From positions 1 through 64,000 of IMG/VR virus record IMGVR_UViG_3300049781_000059: a DNA stretch of 64,000 nucleotides; one strand, 5' to 3'. This DNA comes from a virus. Its lineage: Duplodnaviria > Caudoviricetes. This document shows positions 63,977 to 64,000 of this stretch, one piece after another (the first letter of the stretch is position 1; every line of letters starts with the position of its first letter). The notes under the pieces are model-generated. The model searched no databases. It was not told the origin of the DNA and saw only the letters and a program-made list of their open reading frames with translations. A program made the translations under genes and the position numbers.

Positions 63977-64000
63977 GCTGCGCTCCTGGGCTGGTCGGGC

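Larger units (their letters stand above)
1..64000. mobile_element. Streptomyces-type temperate siphovirus / phage-plasmid carrying a conjugation module (boundaries outside or not visible)
   Basis: Complete head, tail and lysis gene set, tyrosine recombinase, Ku, TraB-like ATPase, dense small ORFs; no host core genes in 64 kb. Confidence 0.9.

Noticed and set aside
1-64000. CRISPR array, IS element, intein, group I/II intron or reverse transcriptase/DGR
   Set aside because: No repeat-spacer periodicity, transposase, intein or RT motifs seen; the 8-copy motif is dispersed and gene-associated

Overview
The whole window reads as one high-GC actinobacterial (Streptomyces-like) temperate siphovirus or phage-plasmid, with no host housekeeping genes and no visible att boundary. 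A complete minus-strand virion and lysis module runs from about 42.1 kb down to 10 kb. In order it encodes: small and large terminase, portal, MuF-protease fusion, major capsid plus a second capsid-like protein, three very large Cys-rich fibre/display proteins, major tail, connectors, tail assembly chaperones, tape measure, minor tails, amidase endolysin, holin and two membrane proteins. The head genes resemble mycobacteriophage cluster B. The left end holds small regulators, two SOS-like boxes, Ku, a Cre-like tyrosine recombinase with a dif-like site and a PAPS-reductase-family gene. The right half holds many small early-type ORFs and an actinomycete conjugation module (FtsK/TraB-like ATPase, spread-like membrane proteins, RHH regulator, HTH-Nudix plus Nudix pair). 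The most unusual observations are: (1) a 1349-aa protein built from a repeated Cys-scaffold unit into which five passenger domains are inserted; (2) an 18-20 bp motif repeated 8 times just downstream of a -10-like hexamer and 24-33 nt before structural-gene starts; (3) a 111-nt tRNA-like RNA with an expanded anticodon arm and a competing alternative helix; (4) full virion genes and a TraB-type transfer system on one element. Family and DUF names are from motif recognition and recall, not from database searches. Several starts were re-called from RBS and gene overlap.
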